From: Octopus vulgaris
Taxonomy: Eukaryota
Direction of reading: 5' to 3'
Assembly (NCBI GenBank): GCA_951406725.2
Contig: OX597821.1
Coordinates: 21,142,001-21,206,000 of the forward strand
DNA: 64,000 bases
Under the pieces are notes generated by a model that saw nothing but the letters and a program-made list of their open reading frames with translations, ran no database searches and was not told the origin of the DNA. Below, piece by piece: positions 61,941-64,000 of this stretch. Position numbers and translations under genes: made by a program. Each line of letters begins with the position of its first letter. The stretch's first letter is position 1.

Positions 61941-62230
61941 TGGTTAGGGCAGCGGACTCGCGGTCGCAGGATCGCGGTTTCGATTCCCAGACCGGGCGTA
62001 GTGAGTGTTTATTGAGCGAAAACACCTAAAAGCTCCACGAGGCTCCGGCAGGGGGTGGTGATCCCTGCTGTACTCTTTCACTACAACTTTCTCCCACTCT
62101 TTCTTCTGTTGGCCTGCTCGCTTAGCCAGCGGGGTGGCGCCATTCGAAGGCTAGAAAACAATACGAACGCATTGTGACCAGCGATGTGTAACAACATCTG
62201 ATTGTCTGGTCGGTCACGTGATCACGTGAT
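61941..62230 (+). mobile_element. tRNA-headed SINE family C, tail type 2 (ends cacgtgat repeats)
   Basis: ggttagggcagcggactcgcggtcgc..ggtttcgattccc (box B-like); tail related to 14903-14970 (minus). Confidence 0.82.
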
Positions 62231-62244
62231 ATATATATATATAT

Positions 62245-62280
<36 letters not shown>

Positions 62281-62569
62281 TTAATTATAATGATGCAGAC
62301 ACAATTGCGAGATTACTGTTTCGATATCCGGAACAGGATTGTATGTTGTTTTCTTAAGCAAAATATTTCACATTAGGTTCCTCTGGGTTCTCTTCGAGTT
62401 CTGATGTGTGAGACATGGTGCACCTGTACAAGCAATGCCAATTTGATGGAGTGAGTGGTCTAATGTACAGCAGAAACATTTGATCATTCTAAGCAAATTG
62501 TCTGTCCAGTTTGTTCACCAAGAAACCTACTCTCATACGTCGTCCAACGACTAGAGGGTCCATGATACA

Positions 62570-62717
62570 TATAGATGTCTATGGCGTCATCTCTGTAGAG
62601 GACGAAAAGAACTGAAGGAAACCTCTCCCCTAAGGTGTCCAGGATGTACAGTCCGACAAGATCACAGATGTCTGCGCTATCATATGCTCTGTTAATGAGG
62701 AAAATAGACCGTACCAT
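62570..62717 (-). pseudogene. Penelope-like reverse transcriptase fragment
   Basis: AYDSADICDLVGLYILDTL...LYRDDA matches the GSYDGAEICELVGLYIL...GLYRDDG pattern of a Penelope-like RT subgroup. Confidence 0.72.
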
Positions 62718-62849
62718 TTTTGGGGTTTTTTTTTCGTATTCCTTAAGTTCTCAGCGTTTACTCACGTCTGTCACGTAGACATTTTAAAATTTTGTATTCA
62801 GGTAGAGTCTGACGAGCTGTCCACAATGCTTTAGCTTTGGGTGCGAAAC

Positions 62850-62968
62850 CTTGGGTGACTCTATATAAAATTTTGTTGTAATACACACACACCCATACAC
62901 ATATGTATATACCTGTATGTATGTGTGTGTGTATGTATATTACAACAAAATTTTATAGAGTTCCTCAA

Positions 62969-62970
<2 letters not shown>
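62850..62970. repeat. Short palindrome / MITE-like element
   Basis: ccttgggtgactctatataaaattttgttgtaata ... tattacaacaaaattttatagagttcctcaagg around a CA/TG core. Confidence 0.75.
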
Positions 62971-63009
<39 letters not shown>

Positions 63010-63057
63010 AGAGAGAGAGAGAGTTACCCATGGTCTTATATATATCTCATGTATATA

Positions 63058-63088
<31 letters not shown>

Positions 63089-63150
63089 AAGAGAGAGAAT
63101 GAGGAGAACCAGAAGACAAGACACTCAATATATTGATTAAGAGTTACAGG

Positions 63151-63516
63151 TACGGATTAAAACAATTTGATTCGGATATTCGGATTCTGTGCTACTCAGT
63201 TTCCGAGCTTCTGACGAGGCTTTTTCTCAGGTCAGTGGAAATTCGAATAAATATGGAGGTGCAGGAAGTCCAAGTTGGCTACAGGGAGATGGGTATCAAT
63301 TTGTCAAGGAAGGCCCAGTTATATCGCAAAATTAGTAGTGATAATACTAATACTGTGACATCACATGACATTCCTTGACAAATTGCAGCGCAACTGTCTG
63401 TACAATCTTGAATTTCCTGTACCGCCATATTTATTCGAAATTCCACTGGCCTGATGAAAAGTCCCGTTAGTGGGTTAGAAACTTAGCACGGAATCGGAAT
63501 CAAACTGTTTTGATCC

Positions 63517-63519
<3 letters not shown>
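63151..63519. mobile_element. Fold-back element: ~160-bp diverged inverted arms, each with a hammerhead-like motif
   Basis: tacggattaaaacaatttgattc / gaatcaaactgttttgatccgta; cagtggaaattcgaataaatatgg / ccatatttattcgaaattccactg; caatttgtcaaggaa / ttccttgacaaattg. Confidence 0.85.
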
Positions 63520-63588
<69 letters not shown>

Positions 63589-63691
63589 GGGTAAGCACAT
63601 AAATGCAAAAAAACAGGGAAGAGACAGTACTCGAACACCGAGGGTAGAGTTATATGCGTTTTAATTAAAGCTGCAAAGATATCACAAAAAA

Positions 63692-63729
63692 CTGTGACTC
63701 ACAGTTTCACGTTCCTGTTCGTCGGACAG
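63692..63729 (-). ncRNA. Minimal type I hammerhead-like motif, CCGANGA core variant
   Basis: Minus strand ctgt-CCGACGA-acaggaacgt-GAAAC-tgtga-GTC-acag; stem I ctgt/acag. Confidence 0.55.
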
Positions 63730-63918
63730 GTGTGATTAATATAAATGAATATAACCAGCTAGGTGCGATATAATACCATAAAAGAAAGCTTTCATCGTCA
63801 CTAAATGTGAGTGGGGTGCCGAATCACCTACACCGCTAAAAATAAGAGATAAAAAATTCTTCATGCTGTAAGAAGAGCGCAATATATATACACTGACAGA
63901 AGAAGTGACCGTCTCTAG

Positions 63919-63972
63919 AATCACCAGACTATACTAGTTTCACCTATTTCATAGGCATCATCAATAGTGATT
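63919..63972 (-). ncRNA. Minimal type I hammerhead-like motif, TTGATGA core variant
   Basis: Minus strand aatcacta-TTGATGA-t-gcctat-gaa-ataggt-GAAAC-ta-GTA-tagtctggtgatt; stem II cctat/atagg, palindromic ACTAGT stem III, stem I acta/tagt. Confidence 0.62.
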
Positions 63973-64000
63973 GCTATATATACACTCATCCACAAATACG

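Noticed and set aside
61941-62000. tRNA gene
   Set aside because: Box A/B-like head continues into a SINE body shared with 55258-55535; no complete cloverleaf.

Overview
AT-rich, microsatellite-dense animal genomic DNA with no recognisable host exon. The recurring tRNA-headed SINEs resemble octopus SINEs from memory, so a coleoid cephalopod source is an inference. The window is mostly mobile DNA: (1) a near-full-length L1/Tx1-clade LINE (2341-8050; disrupted CCHC ORF1; 1139-codon APE-RT-zinc-finger ORF2) in a (CTAT)n tract, with a rearranged 3' end; (2) older Tx1 relics next to (CTT)n; (3) R4/Dong-like REL-endonuclease relics and a non-autonomous element in (TAA)n; (4) Penelope-like remnants with minimal hammerhead-ribozyme-like motifs in (TA)n; (5) Tc1/mariner relics; (6) several SINE families, one with a Tx1-like 3' tail. 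Main observations: apparent partitioning of microsatellite types among retroelement classes, a cluster of variant-core hammerhead motifs at 63.2-64 kb, and a ~866-bp, ~98% identical inverted duplication (54047-54912 / 58105-58970) that looks like a templated insertion into an R4-like relic. All alignments and folds were done by eye.
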